Of a DNA stretch of 64,000 nucleotides, positions 16,456-30,523 are shown in pieces. The stretch's first letter is position 1; each line of letters begins with the position of its first letter. The notes below the pieces were generated by a model. The model made no database searches and was not told where the DNA came from. It worked only from the letters and a program-made list of their open reading frames with translations. Made by a program: the position numbers and the translations under genes. Source of the DNA: the human T2T-CHM13v2.0 reference genome, Homo sapiens; NCBI RefSeq assembly GCF_009914755.1, contig NC_060934.1. The stretch is one strand, 5' to 3'.

Positions 16456-17199
16456 CTATTAAGTGTGCAATAGCGTTATGTCTAAAACATGTAAGTACCT
16501 TAATTTAAAAATACTTTATTGCTAAAAAATGCTAACAATTATCTGAGCCTTCAGTGAGTCAAAATCTTTTTCCTGATTGGTCTTTCTCTAACGTTGATGG
16601 CTGCTGAATGATCAGGGTGGTAGCTGCTGAAGGTTGGGGTGGCTGTGACAATTTCTTAAAATACGACAGCAATGAACTTTGTTGCATCAATTGACTCTTC
16701 CTTTCAGGAAAGATTTCTCTGTAGCGTGTTGTACTGTTTGTTAGCATTTTACCTACAGTAGAACTTTTTTCAAAATTGGAATCAATCCTCTCAAACTCTG
16801 CCTCTGCTTGATCAACTAAATTTATGGAATATTCCACTACATCTTTTGCTGCCATTTCAACAATGTTCATGGCATTTTTACCAGGAGTAGACTTCATTTC
16901 AAGAAACCAGTTTCTTTACTCATGCATACGAAGCAACCCTCATCCGTTCAAGTTTTCTCATAAGATTGCAGCAATTCAGTCCCATCTTCAGGCTTCACTT
17001 CTAATTCTACTTCTTTTGCTTTTCCCACAATATCCATAGTAACTCCCTCCACTAAAGTCTTGAACCCCTTCAAGTCATCCATGAATGTTGGAATCAACTT
17101 CTTCTAAACTCCTGTTACTGTTGATATTTTGACTTCTCCCATGAATCACAAATGTCCTCAGTGGCATCTAGAATGGTGAATCCTTTCCAGAAGGTTTTC

Positions 17200-18250
17200 T
17201 TTTTCTTTTTTATTATCATTATTATACTTTAAGTTCTAGGGTACATGTGCACAATGTGCAGGTTTGTTACATATGTATACATGTGCCATGTTGGTGTGCT
17301 GCACCCATTAACTCGTCATTTACATTAGGTATTTCTCTTAATGCTATCCCTGCCCCTCCCCCAACCCCACAACAGGCCCCGGTGTGTGATGTTCCCTGCC
17401 CTGTGTCTAAGTGTTCTCATTGTTCAATTCCCACCTATGAGTGAGAACATGCGGTGTTTGGTTTTCTGTCCTTGCAACAGTTTGTTCAGAATGATGGTTT
17501 CCAGCTTCATCCATGTCCCTACAAAGGACATGAACTCATCCTTTTTTAAGGCTGCATAGTATTCCATGGTGTATATGTGCCACATTTTCTTAATCCAGTC
17601 TATCATGGACGCCAAAAGCAATGGCAACAAAAGCCAAAATAGACAAATGGGATCTAATTAAACTAAAGAGCTTCTGCACAGCAAAAGAAACTACCATCAG
17701 AGTGTACAGGCAACCTATAGAATGGGAGAAAATTTTTGCAATCTACTCATCTGACAAAGGGCTAATATCCAGAATCTACAAAGAACTTAAACAAATTTAC
17801 AAGAAAAAAAAATCAAACAACCCCATCAAAAAGTGGGCGAAGGATATAAACAGACACTTCTCAAAAGAAGACATTTATGCAGCCAACAGACACATAAAAA
17901 AATGCTCATCACCACTGGCCATCAGAGAAATGCAAATCAAAACCACAATGAGATACCATCTCACACCAGTTAGAATGGTGATCATTAAAAAGTCAGGAAA
18001 CAACAGGTGCTGGAGAGGATGTGGAGAAATAGGAACACTTTTACACTGTTGGTGGGACTGTAAACTACTTCAACCATTGTGGAAGACAGTGTGGCGATTC
18101 CTCAAGGATCTAGAACTAGAAATACCATTTGACCCAGTGATCCCATTACTGGGTATATACCCAAAGGATTATAAATCATTCTGCTATAAAGACACATGCA
18201 CATGTATGTTTATTGTGGCACTATTCACAATAGCAAAGACTTGAAACCAA
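17200..18250 (-). mobile_element. L1PA with 5' inversion (17200-17606 antisense 3' end; about 17610-18250 sense ORF2 piece)
   Basis: ORF 17621..18244 is L1 ORF2; 14-bp TSD tccagaaggttttc at 17186-17199 and 18251-18264. Confidence 0.95.
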
Positions 18251-21200
18251 TCCAGAAGGTTTTCAATTTGCTTTGCCCAGATCCATCAGAGGAATCACTC
18301 TCTATGGCAGCTATAACTTTATAAAATGTATCTCTCGAGCAGTTAAGACTTGAGAGTCAAAATTACTCCTTGATCTGTGGACTACAGAATAGATGTTTTG
18401 TTATCAGGCATGAAAACAACATTCATCTCCTTGTACATCTCCATCAAGGCTCTTGGGTAATAAGGTGCATTGAAAATGAGCAGTAATACTTTGAAAAGAA
18501 TTTTTTTTTTTTTCTGAGGAGTAGATTTCAACACTGGGCTTAAAATATTCCGTAAACCATATTATAAACAGATATGCCGTCATCTAGGCTTTGTTTTTCC
18601 ACTTTAAAAGCACAAGCAGAGTAACTTTAACATAATTCTTAAGGGGCCAAGAATTTTTGGAATGTAAGTAAGCATTGGCTTGAACTTAAAGTGGCCAGCT
18701 GCATTAACAAGAATCAGCCTGTCCTTTGAAGTCTTGAAGTCAGGTATTGACTTTTCCTCCATAGCTATGTAAGTTCTAGATGGCATCTGCTTCCCATATA
18801 AGACTGTTTTGTCTACATTGAAAATCAGTTGATTAATGTTGCCACTTTCATCAATTATCTTAGCTAGATCTTCTGGATAACTTGCTGCAGCCTCTCCATC
18901 AGCACTTCACCTTGCACTTTTATTTTACAGAGATGACTTCTTCCTAAAACTTCATGAACCAAACTCTGCTAGCTTCAAACTATTCTCCTGTAGCTTTCTC
19001 ACCTGTCTTAGCCTTCACAGAATTGGAGAGAGTTAGGGCCTTGCCCTGGATTAGACTTTGGCTTAAGAGAATGTTGTGGCTGGTTTGATCTTCTATCCAG
19101 ACCACTAAAGCTTTCTCTACGTCAGCAAAAAAGGCTTTTTTGGGTTTTTTTTTCTTCATTCTTATCATTCAAGTGTTCACTGGAGTAGCATTTTTAACTT
19201 CCTTCAAGAACTTTTCCTTTGCATTCACAACTTAGCTAACTGTTTGGTGCAAGAGATCTGGCTTTTGGCTTAACTTTTGGTATGCCTTTCTCAAAAATCT
19301 TAATCATTTCTAGCTTTGTATTTAAAGTGGGAGATGTGAGATTCTTCCTTTCACTTGAACACTTAGAAGCCATTGTATGGTTATTAATTGGCCTAATGTT
19401 AATATTATTGTGTCTCAAGCAATAGGGAGGCCTGAGGAGGGAAAGAGAGACAGGGGACTAGTTGGTGGTTGGAGCAGTCAGAACATACACAATATTGATA
19501 GCTTAAGTTCACTGTTTTATATAGGAATTAGTCATGGTGCTCACAAACAATTACAATAATAACACCAAAAATTACTGGTCACAGATCACCATCACAGATA
19601 TAATAATTTGAAAGTTTGATATATTGCAAGAATTACCAAAATATGACACAGAGGCATGAAGTGAGCCTGTGGTGTTGGAAAAATGACACCAGTAGAATTG
19701 CTTAATGCAGGGTTGCCACAAACCTTCATTTTGTAAAAAGCACAATATCTGGGAAACCCAGTAAAGTGAAGTGCAGTACAACAACATATGCCTGACAAAA
19801 AATTGTTCCAGCTTTGGTATTAACCACAGAGCAGACGTTATCTCAAGATTGTAATCGGATACCATTGATCCCATCTTCACCATCTTTGTTCCTTCACCAA
19901 AATGTTGATATTAACATGATTTGGAGACTGTTATTATGACATTGATCCATGTTGGATACCATCCAAGGTCCAAGGAATGACTGCCAGTGCTTTTGACCCT
20001 CCTGTTATTTACAGAGAATAAAAGCGGGGGAGGCATTGGTCTCCCTTCCCTGAAAACCTTGGCCATTTGGCAGTACAAGAGTTTGATTGTTAAGAGAAAA
20101 GGAAGGAGTCCTAATATGATGTTAACACTTGGTCCAAAAGGCCATGATACAGACCTTTTCCCTACCCCATGGCAAAACTTCTGGTATCTGAAAATATACC
20201 TCAGATATAACACATCATCTTATGGGCATTAAGTTTGAGAATTAGCTAATGTTTGACATTGGCCTTGAGTTTTGTATTCTCTTTATAAGTAGAAGGAAGT
20301 CTAAGCTTCCTGCTGAACTGTAGTGTGGGTAACAGTGGTGGTGTCTATAGTTCAAAAATAAGTATGAACATTCCCTTTATGTTGCACATAAGAAGTAAGT
20401 ACATAATTCAGTGTTGCATGTCCTTAAACTATATTTGCCCATTGGGCTTTTGACTTGGAATTTATTTATTACAAATGAGCTAACATATGAATTTAGGTAG
20501 AAACAGGAGTCATGACAATTTTCCGTAAGCTGCCTAGTAAATAAACGTTCTCGTACCTTATTTTTATAGCAAATTCTTCCAAAATATTCATAATTTATCT
20601 CATTTACTGTACAAGGAATAAGGTATGCATGATTAGAGATATAAAATTAAAATAAATACTTGGAAGGAAGCACTTAGGACTGTATACACTGTGGGCAGAA
20701 TTCCCCATGACTTTGTTCACATACCTGCCATTTAAATTCACTCTTTGCTGGATATGTACACTAAAGGGATGTGTTGACTATGAGTTACTGAAACATCTGA
20801 ATGGTTGCAAAATATGGATCCTTCTATTTATCTATCATTCCAAATGAACATTAAGCATAAAGGAAGTTATAGTTTAGAAAAAGAGCAGCATGAAGTTGGA
20901 ATAATAGAATGAGTCACATTATGATTTGTATTCACAATGAAATTTGAGGAAAAATATTTGGCTGGAAAATCATAAAAGATATGTTCAATTTTACAAAATC
21001 AAGTAAGGATGACTATGCACAATGGGTAAAACCCGTGATTTCTATTCATAGTTAAATACTGGTTTCTTAGGTCAATTTTCCATGTGACATTACAATAGTC
21101 TTTGGCTATGATTACACTGAGTTCTCATCTTCCTTAAAATCGTGAAATTGAGGGAATTTTTCTAAATGGACAAAGATGCTATATATTTTTAGGCTTCTCA

Positions 21201-21459
21201 TTTCAGAAAAGGCCCATTATAAAGTGGGGGCTTTTGAGTCTAGAGCCAGTTCTGTCACTTCTGCGTTTGAGCAAATTAGAACTTCAGTTTCCTGATTTGT
21301 AAAATAGTGACACGCACTCATGGTCTGCCCCTATGATGGCCAACAGTTTAGCAGAATGCTAGCCTAGACCTGAATCCCACATTTTGGAACTTTTGGCCAG
21401 AGGGAAGCTAAATGGCCTGTGACCAAGGCCTCAGTAGCAGCCTAAACAGAAATCCAGAC

Positions 21460-21770
21460 CAGGGTTTGAAAAACAAATCGTATTTTGCAGAACATCATTG
21501 ATCCAAACATGGTTAAGGATGCTTCATGAAATAAAGGGCTTTGTGGCCAAATAAATTTGGGAAGATCGTATTAAATGGAATGAATCAGGTTTCTTTATTG
21601 CAGGATGTCTCAGAACCTTTAATAAACCAATGTGCTTTGTGAGTCCCCAGGGGGACTAAAGAATGCAGTTTCCCAACTTGTTTTCACACGGAATCACTGT
21701 TTTTGTTTTTAAAGAAAATATGAAAATCTTGAGGAATATTAGGCGTTCTTTAAGCCACATCTAGGAAAAT
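21460..21770. mobile_element. Old hAT element (MER113-like)
   Basis: gtggccaaataaatttgggaa and gcaggatgtctcagaacctttaat motifs. Confidence 0.45.
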
Positions 21771-22823
21771 CTTTCTTTATGTAATTTTTCTGAAGTTCAG
21801 ATATTTTAGCCTGGCACATTTTTCATAACAGGGTGGTAAAGAACCACAGTTATTCAATAAAATACTCTTTGGGAAGGGGATTTCTTAGAATTTTACATCC
21901 TTCACTGGAAGATCGTGGGGTTGTCTTCACTGATAACGAGTTAATTATGGCTTGTCAGTGATTTAACATTTTCCAAGCCGTAGAGATTGATGTAGACATA
22001 GAACAACATGGAACGTGGAAATTGGACTTAAGTGTGATCTTTTGGGAACCCAGTTGCACAATTTAGAGGTGATAAGAATTTCTTTTTTATGAATTAAAAC
22101 AAAATTGTTAACTGCAGAGCAGAAGTCAGGTCAGACAGATCTACTGCTCCTGAGAATGTGCTGATTGTGGTTTGTATTTTACGGTAGCTGAAGAGTTTGA
22201 GTTGCTTGCTAATGACATCAAGCAACATTACATATATTATTAGTATCTTCAGATGCTGCAGTTCTATTTTGAAACATCTTTATGCTACATTTGTTCAAAG
22301 CATTGTCTTTCTGTGAAAAGACTTCACCTGTGAATTAATTTTTCATTATAAATAAACTATTGATAGTCTTAAAAAGTATTTCTACATATCTCTTTGTTGG
22401 AATTTGGAAGATATGCATTTTCTTTGAGTTCTATTTCTTCTGAAAACTAGTTGTTGACAAATACAACTGTCACAGTGATTGTAGGACTGAATGATCCTGT
22501 TGATTTCCTAATTTGTTGTTTGAATTGTAATGCCTCAAAATAAGAGCAGCCTCTTTATAACATTTTGTTATCTTATACTGTTTGGAAGATAAATTGTCTT
22601 AAGTGGAGTGGTTGCTGAAATTCTTTGTAGAACTGAAGTTTTAAATTCAAGGTCTATATTTGAGAAAATGTAGGTGGCAGGAATTTCTCTTTTTGAGGGA
22701 GGTGTTTCTAATCCAGGTAGCATAAAATTCTGGAGTTAAGTCTGATGTAAAAAAGATAAGATAAAGGAGATGAATTTCCAAGTCAAAAAGAGAGCTGGAA
22801 TGCATATTAAAAAGAGTACAAGG

Positions 22824-23562
22824 AGTGCAAGTATTGCTGGAAGATACTGATCTCATTTCCTTTGGATATATACCCAGAAGTGGAATTGCTGGATCATATG
22901 GTAGTCCTATTTTTAATTTTTTGAGGATCCATCCATGCTGTTTTCCATAATGTCTGTACCGATTTACAATATGTTCTTTGCAGTATTATTCACAATATTC
23001 AAGACATGAAAACAACCTAAGTGTCCATCAACGGATGAATGGGTAAAGAATATACACAAATGGAATATTATTCAGTCTTAAAAAGGAGGAAATCTTACCA
23101 TTTGTGTCAATATGCACGAATCTGAAGGACATTATGTTAAGTGAAATAAGCCAAAGGTAGAAAAACAAATAACACATGATCTTACTTATATATGGAATCT
23201 AAAAAAGTCAAAATCATAAAAACACAATAGAATGGTAGTTGCCAGTTGGCTGGGCATTTCAGAAATGGAAGATGATAGTCAAAGGGTACACAATTTCAGT
23301 TGTGCAGGATGAATAAATTCGGGAGATCTAATGTGCAGCATAGTGACTATAGTTAATAACACTGTATTACATACTTAATATTTGCTTTGAGGGTAGATCT
23401 TAAGTGTTCAGACCACACATATGCAAAAGGTGCCTATGGAAAGTGATGGATATGTCAATAAGCTTGATTGTGGTAATCACATCACATTATCAAATGTGAA
23501 CATAATTCACCTTAAATATATACAATTTTTATTTGTCTAATATATGCCAATAAAGCTGGGGA
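22824..23562 (+). mobile_element. Old L1MA/MB 3' end with inverted 5' piece (22824-22968)
   Basis: Antisense ORF2-end piece abutting a sense 3'UTR that ends aataaagctgggg; degenerate TSD aaaaagagt..aagg. Confidence 0.8.
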
Positions 23563-25448
23563 AAAAGAGTGAAGGATTTAGGTTCAGATTCACCATGAAG
23601 CCTTGGGGAAATCATGCAGGCGGCTGTCCAGGTGTCAATTTCTTCATTTATAAAATGAAGAAAATAGACATCAGTAAACTGTGAGATAAAACATCTTTCA
23701 TTAGAAATTTGGTATAGAAGGAAAGAACAAAAAGAAAAAATATGGACTCTAGGAACTATAGAATTCTTTCCACATGCTAAATGTGAAAAATCAGTAATAC
23801 TGCTAGGACTCATATTTTCTTTATTCTTTGGTTACCATTTCACATGTAGATTAGCAATGGCTATTGCTTTGGGGGCAGAAAGCATCTGCAAATTTGACTC
23901 AATTTTCCACCTAGAATTTTGTATGTTGTTATATGCCTAGAATATGGGTATTTTTTTTTTTTTGCCATTTCTCATTTGAAAGGCTTTCACTTACTATGCC
24001 TATAAGCTATGATATTAAAGCTCAATGCCAGTAAAGTTTCAGGGAAAAGAGTGAGAAAATTATTTAAAAGGACTACTTTTGGAAAATGGCAGTGTTTTGA
24101 CAGTTTTTGACAGGCAGTTTGGAATAATGCAACCTCTTGGATTACAGCCAACCTCTAAAATGGGCTGTAATTTAGGATGATGGCAGCTTCTATGACCTCT
24201 GTATTAGAGAGTCACTGGGATTAAAACAGAAAAAATTCTCCAAACAGTTGAGGTCTATATTTGAAAACCTGGTTTAAATGTTCTGATACGTAGCCATTTT
24301 ATTTAATGAAAGAATTTTCTTGTCCTATGTACAACTCCACGTGCTTTTCCTAAAGCCGGGGAAGCTTTTCTGCCTTTTTGTGTGTGGTGAAACTCTTCTC
24401 TAATGAGCTGGTTATGGGCATGTTTGCCCCTTCTCGTCACTCGATGAAATTAGACACTTAGGCATAGGTAACTGTATCTTGTCAGCCCACAGAGGATGGA
24501 AGTCCCAGGCTGCTGCAGCTCCAACTTTCTTTTTCACACAAACATGCTGTCTCAGGTCTGAGTCAGGTCCTTAAGCCTTCTTTGAAAAATAAGATTTTAT
24601 TACTCCCCCATTTCTGAGAGTTAAATGCTTTTTAAAGAGTTGTGTAATTTAAATATGAGCTGGGTGTGTGGTGTAGGATTTTTAACTGAACCGCAATTCT
24701 CCAAACATACCAATATTCCAAAATTGCCAGTTGCAGGCCATAAAATATTTACATTACAGAGTAAATAATGTATGTTTAGTAAGAAATGATAAAATATTTA
24801 CAGTTTTTCTAAAGATACTGTATGGATTTTTTCCTCTGCCACAGCCATTTTTCTTGAAGTAGGCAAAATAGGCAACTTCAAGGGCTCTGAGAGTGACGGG
24901 GAACCATCTACGAAGGAGAAGAATGGTCCAAGGCAGTATATGGAAAAGTCTCCATGAGGAAAAGAAATGCCAGCTGATCCCAGCTATCAAGATGCATATT
25001 TCATATGGTTGAAGGTCTAGGGAGGCATTAGCAAACAATTTTGGTATCCTTACCATTAAATTGAAGGGTTGCTAGGCTCAGTTCACGTGACGCAGTCATT
25101 TGCCAAAGCTATTCTGTGGGAGCGTTGTAAACCTCAGAGGATGATGGTATGACCTTCCAAGCTTCTAAATAAATGCCTTTTCAAAACCTCCCCTACACAT
25201 TCACTGACCCTGAACATGATACACAGAACAAAATCACAGTGTCACTAAATCATCACTGCACCTGTTTGGGAAGGAGCCTGAAAAAGCTCTTAACAAAGGT
25301 TTTCAACAGAATCTCCTGGGAGAGTCTTAAACAGAGATTCCCAGGTCCCCCATCCTCCTAAGAAATTCTGATAGGACGCATCTAGTGCGGGGCTGGGTAA
25401 TCTATTTTTGAAAAGCTTTCCAAGTGGTGATCATCCAAGTTTGGGAAC

Positions 25449-25951
25449 TGTTGTAGGTTGAACAATGGTCTCCAAAGATACCTGTGTTCTAAATCCTGGA
25501 ACCTGTGAATGGCAAAATACCTTACATGGCAAAAAGGAGGTTGCAGATGTGATTACACGAAGAATCTTGGGATGGAGGGGTTATCCTGGATTATCTGGGT
25601 GGGCCCTAAATGTAATCAAAGTATACAAGAGGGAGGCAGAGAAAGATTTGACTGTGGAAGAAGAAGGCAAAGTGATGATAGATGCAGGATGCTATGAAGT
25701 TGACTTTGAAGATGGAGGAAGAGCCCATGAGCCAATGGATACAGGTAGACTTTAAAGTGTGAAAATGCAAGGAAAAAGATTCTCTTCCAGAGCCTCCAGA
25801 AGGAAGCAGCCCTGCTAATACCTTGACGTCAGCCCAGTGAAACTGATTTTGAACTTCTGACCCCTTTAGAACTGTAAGAGAATACATGTGTCTTGTTTTA
25901 AGCCCCTAAGTGTGTAGCAGTTTGTGACAGCAACAACAGGAAACTAAGACA
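25449..25951 (+). mobile_element. MLT1D solo LTR inserted in a MER5-like element (about 25285-25448)
   Basis: TG...CA termini; ccaaagatacctgtgttctaaatcctggaacctgtgaat; degenerate TSD ggaac/agaac. Confidence 0.85.
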
Positions 25952-27472
25952 AGAACCACTGCCAAAAACCATGTCAATTTTAATATCCCTTTATTGCTAA
26001 ACACAATTCTTCAAGCCAGAACATTAAGGCCCTAGAATTTAACCTGTTCCCAACTGTGGAGGGACACAAAAGCAGCCTTCCCTGCTGGAAATTTTGCTGC
26101 CCCTCTTGCCATTTGTGTTGAGCACTTCTCCCGGTGTTACACTCCCTTGGGAATGCCACAGCTACCTGAAGAGGCAAGGCAGCAGTGTGGGACCATGGCC
26201 AATAACTGCATCCCTCAAGTTTGAACATCAAACCACAGAATTCATCATACCCCTCCTGTGTGATCAGCATTCTGCTAGCCACTGTGGGGAATTCAGAGAA
26301 TCAGAAGAGGCCATTCCCCTCTCTCCTGCTGAGTACTGACATTGCACAGTGATTGCAAACACTTAGATTGCATTTCCAGCAATGCCAAAGCTGAGGCTTC
26401 CCTGGTTACAAAGGATATTGTCTCATCTTGGGACAGGACAAATACATCATTGCAGTTTAAGGGAAGAAGATGATGTCAAAGCATGGGTTTGCCCCTTACA
26501 CTCTGACTAAAAGACCTGAAAATCAAATCATTTTACTATAGTTTTAGGCTCTCAATAAGCTGAGGGATGTACTAATGGTGCCTGTATTCCAAGGCGGGTG
26601 GGATGTATGAGTGGCGGGGGCTTAGGGGCTGGGAATCTCTATATTTTGTCAGTATTTGCTCCTATCAGAACTCCTCATGGTGAAAAAAAGAAAAAAAAAA
26701 AAGATGGCAGCTGCGTAGAGTTGGGATAGCATCTCGTTTCTATGACAACAGTGTCTGCTCTGTTTCCAAGCTCCATCTGGTATTTTCAGGCCTAACAACC
26801 AGGTAGCATGTAAATGCCTAATAGAAGAAAAAGGCAACCATACTGATTCTTTGGATCAGGCACAAATGAACACAGCAACACCATGCCTTTTCTAGGAAAA
26901 ATAGTGAATTACTTTGACAGCAACAGGGTATTATGAAGAGAGACCACAAAGTACATAGAACGTGCTCAACTCTTATTTTACGGACTAGCACAACATGCAC
27001 ACACAATTAAAGTAGCTGTTGGGGCTGACAAGGTTTTTTTTTGTTTTTTTCCTACAGGCAATCTAACACTACTCTCATGGGATGATTCTTGCCTTCCACC
27101 CTTGCTCGCTTTTCCAGTCCTGTTTCGTGGAGTTTTGTGTGTTTTAGGTAATATGGATGCAGCAGCTCTTACCTGCCTCACTGACCTTCCCTTCAGATTT
27201 TATCCTTGCTGATTACTGTTCCCTGGTAGCTCTGCAGAATTTATGAGAAGCTAAATTTCAGTTTCTACTCCATGGGCCCTGGCTTACAGAAAAGCATGCT
27301 TTTAAAACAGCACAATACAACACAGCAGGTCTCCACCTTCTCATACCCCGACCTTGAACACAAGCTAGTGAAAGCACCTTTTTTATCTTCCTTAAGAATG
27401 CCATCATTACAAAGCTAGTATCTTTACAAAATTATAATTTATCTAAAATACAATACAATATGACATTATAGA

Positions 27473-27588
27473 TAGGTTGCCATGTAGTATTTGGGACAAA
27501 CTTACACTAAAAAATTATTCATTGTATACCTGATGTTCAAATTCAACTGGAAATTATATATTTTTATTTGCTGAATCTTGGAAATCCT
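27473..27588. mobile_element. MER53 partial
   Basis: gggacaaacttacactaaaaaattattcattg...tttttatttgctgaatct. Confidence 0.6.
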
Positions 27589-28617
27589 ATTTACAGACAG
27601 GAATATAGGCTTTTAAATTCTTTGGATCACTTAGGATTTGATACAGTATATCAAAATGCCAATACACTGAATTCAGTATTGGTTTCTAGCATTTTCTAGT
27701 TATTAAAATGAACACTTAAATGTTCATTGTTTAGACCAAAAACTATTGTTCATGCCAACCCTTGCATACATTCATTTTCCTTTATTCATTCATCTGACAC
27801 AAAGTCATTGGGAAATTGCTGTTTCCCTGATACTGTTCTAGGGGCTGGGAATCAGTGGTGTGCCCAAGACCGCCTCATGAAGCTACCATTTGATTGTGGC
27901 TCCTGGATTTTATTTCAGGATATTTACTCCCATTACATACACACCACTGTTTGATATACAAAGAACCATCAAATATGAGTCTCAGCAGAGAACTCACTGC
28001 CCTCCAAGAGCTGATAAACTATGTTAGATTAGCTATCTCCAAACTTCATCAAATCAATCCCATGGGCATTTAATTGCAGAGGACATTCAAATTGTCATTA
28101 ATTCCTTTGATCTTTTTTTTTCACATTCTTTTCCTTTAATATTCTAGATTAGGAGACAATTGACTCTGGAAGGTTTAGTGATTACCTAATACAAACTCAC
28201 TATCAGTTTCTGGAGTGTTTTCTTGTCCTCCCTGGGATCATTTGGATAGATTCTGGAATCTCTTCTTGTCCTTGCCACGATCTATATCCTCTATCCTCTT
28301 CTCTGGAGTACTGACATAAGATTGGGACTTACAAGTGATACTTCCATTTTCTTCCTCTTTTCTGTCTTGCCCCAACTCGTTTCTCTTTTGAGCTATTTTA
28401 TCCATTTGGTACTGGTAACTACTAAAGTAGAGGAGGGAATTAAAGGTCTATAGTGTTCCAGAAAGTTCTTGAGACATGGACCTATTTTTAATGTTTTTTC
28501 TATATGACTCAGATTCTTTCCTTTCATATTTCACCTTTTGACTGTGACACACTTTTATGAGAATTCTATGTGGTTTATTGTATATACTCAGATACAATAT
28601 TTAAAGTATGTAACCAC

Positions 28618-29079
28618 TGTGGTAGACAGAATAATGGTCCCCAAAGATATCTGCATCTTAATCCCTGGAACCTGTGAATATGTCACCTTACTTGGCAAGA
28701 GGAACTTTGAAGATGTGATTAAATTAAGGATTTTGAGATGGCGAGATTATCCTGGATTATCTGGGTGGGCCCAGTGGGATCATTAGGGTCTTTCTAAGAG
28801 GGAAGTGGGAGTGTCAGAGCAGCAGAGAGATTTGAGGATGCTACATTACTGACTTAAAGAAGAATGAAGAGGCCAGGAGCTAAGGGATTGGGCAACTTTT
28901 ACAATCTGGAAAAGGTAAGGAAAGGAATTGCCTCTCAGAGCCTCCAGAAAGACTAGCAGCAGCTTGATTTTAGCTTACGAAGACCTATTTCAGACTTCTG
29001 ACCTGCATAACTGTGAGATCACACACTTGTATTATTTTAAGTTGGTGATTTGTTACAGCAGCCATAAGACGCTAATACA
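28618..29079 (+). mobile_element. MLT1D solo LTR
   Basis: tgtggtagacagaataatggtccccaaagat...ctaataca. Confidence 0.85.
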
Positions 29080-30107
29080 TCTATAGACCTAGGCACTGAG
29101 CAGTCAAAACTGACACTGAGCAGAGGCCTTTGGTTAAGCCAGGCATTAGCCAGTTAGATGCCAGACTGTGGGTAGTTCTGCCTGGTGGTGGAGGTAGAAC
29201 AGCCAGAGTGATAAGGGTTGGTCTTGGAGGACTGGGAAGCAATTATTTGCCAATCTGTGTGGGAGCATTTCAATATATTTACAGGTAGAATGGGTGTACA
29301 GTGAATTTCTACTGTGTACACACTTATATACGATGAAATCTGAAAGATATAGAGAGAATTCTGGCAGAAATCTTGAATTTTTCTTCCCTAAGACCCTGAT
29401 ATTGATTCTTAACCGAAGGCAATGATCCTCATACATTTCTAGATTCTTTTCTATGTGTCCTGTCTGGGACTTTTCCAGAGAGTGAAGTGAGACAACTCCT
29501 TGCTTAAAGGATTTTATTACTAAATTTTTAGTTTTGGGTTTTTTTTTTCTAATTTACTATCTGAAATTTCCATCTGTAAGTATTGTTTTTATTTTTTTCT
29601 TTCCTCTCTCCTATTTACTCCCTTTCTTTTACTCTACCTCCCCTATCCCCATTTGAAAACAAGTAAAATAAGGGTGAAAGAGAGTCAATGACTTGTTCTA
29701 GGTCACATAGCTAGTTATCAGCCAAATGAGCCCTGGACCCAGGTAGACACACTCCAGCCAGTCCACTGTGATGTGCAGCCACTCTTCCACCAAGGGAGCA
29801 GTGCACAGTTTTCATCTTATTCTTAAGAAGAAGCAACCCTTTTAGGGCCCTCCACTACATTTGGATAAAATCCAAACTCCTTCTTTTGCCTTCAAGGCCC
29901 TGCTGGATCTGACCCCTTTGACGACCCCATCTGTGCCCCAATTCCACTGGCTTCCTCTCTGCTCTGCAGATGCCAAGTTCTTCCAGCCTGAGAGACTGTG
30001 AAGTGTAAGTGTGTTGTTAACATCATTCACAGCAGGTCTCCATTCTATGCTGTTATATTCATACCTACACTTAGTCCATTTGTATTGAATTAATGAGTGT
30101 GAATTAA

Positions 30108-30523
30108 TGAATGTGAGGACATGAGATTTGGGAGGTGCCAGGGGCAGAATGATGTGGTTTGGCTGTGTCCCCACCCAAATATCATCTTGAATTATAGTTC
30201 CCACAATCCCCATGTGTCATGGGAGGGACCAGGTAGAGATAATTGAATCATGGGGGCGGTTATTCTCAAGTTATTCTCGTGATAGTGAGTTGAGTTCTCA
30301 GCAGATCTGACGGTTTTACAAGGGGCTTTCCCCTAGGCTGGTCACTCATTCTTCTCCCTGCCACTATATGAAGAAGGATGTGTTTGCTTCCCCTTCCACC
30401 ACGATTGTAAGTTTCCTGAGGCCTTTCTAGTCATGCTGAACTGTGAGTTACTTTAACCTCGTTCCTTTATAAATTACCCAGTCTCAGGTATGTCTTTATT
30501 AACAGCATGAGAATGAACTAATA
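30108..30523 (+). mobile_element. THE1 LTR (30150-30523) preceded by about 40 bp of THE1 internal 3' end
   Basis: tgatgtggtttggctgtgtccccacccaaat LTR start preceded by gagatttgggaggtgccaggggcagaa. Confidence 0.88.

Noticed and set aside
17621-18244. 207-aa ORF
   Set aside because: Fragment of L1 ORF2 in a truncated inverted insertion, not a host gene.
25449-29079. Two same-orientation MLT1D LTRs as one provirus
   Set aside because: The first LTR has its own TSD inside a MER5-like host, the two LTRs are quite diverged, and the intervening DNA is not MLT-internal; these are independent solo LTRs.
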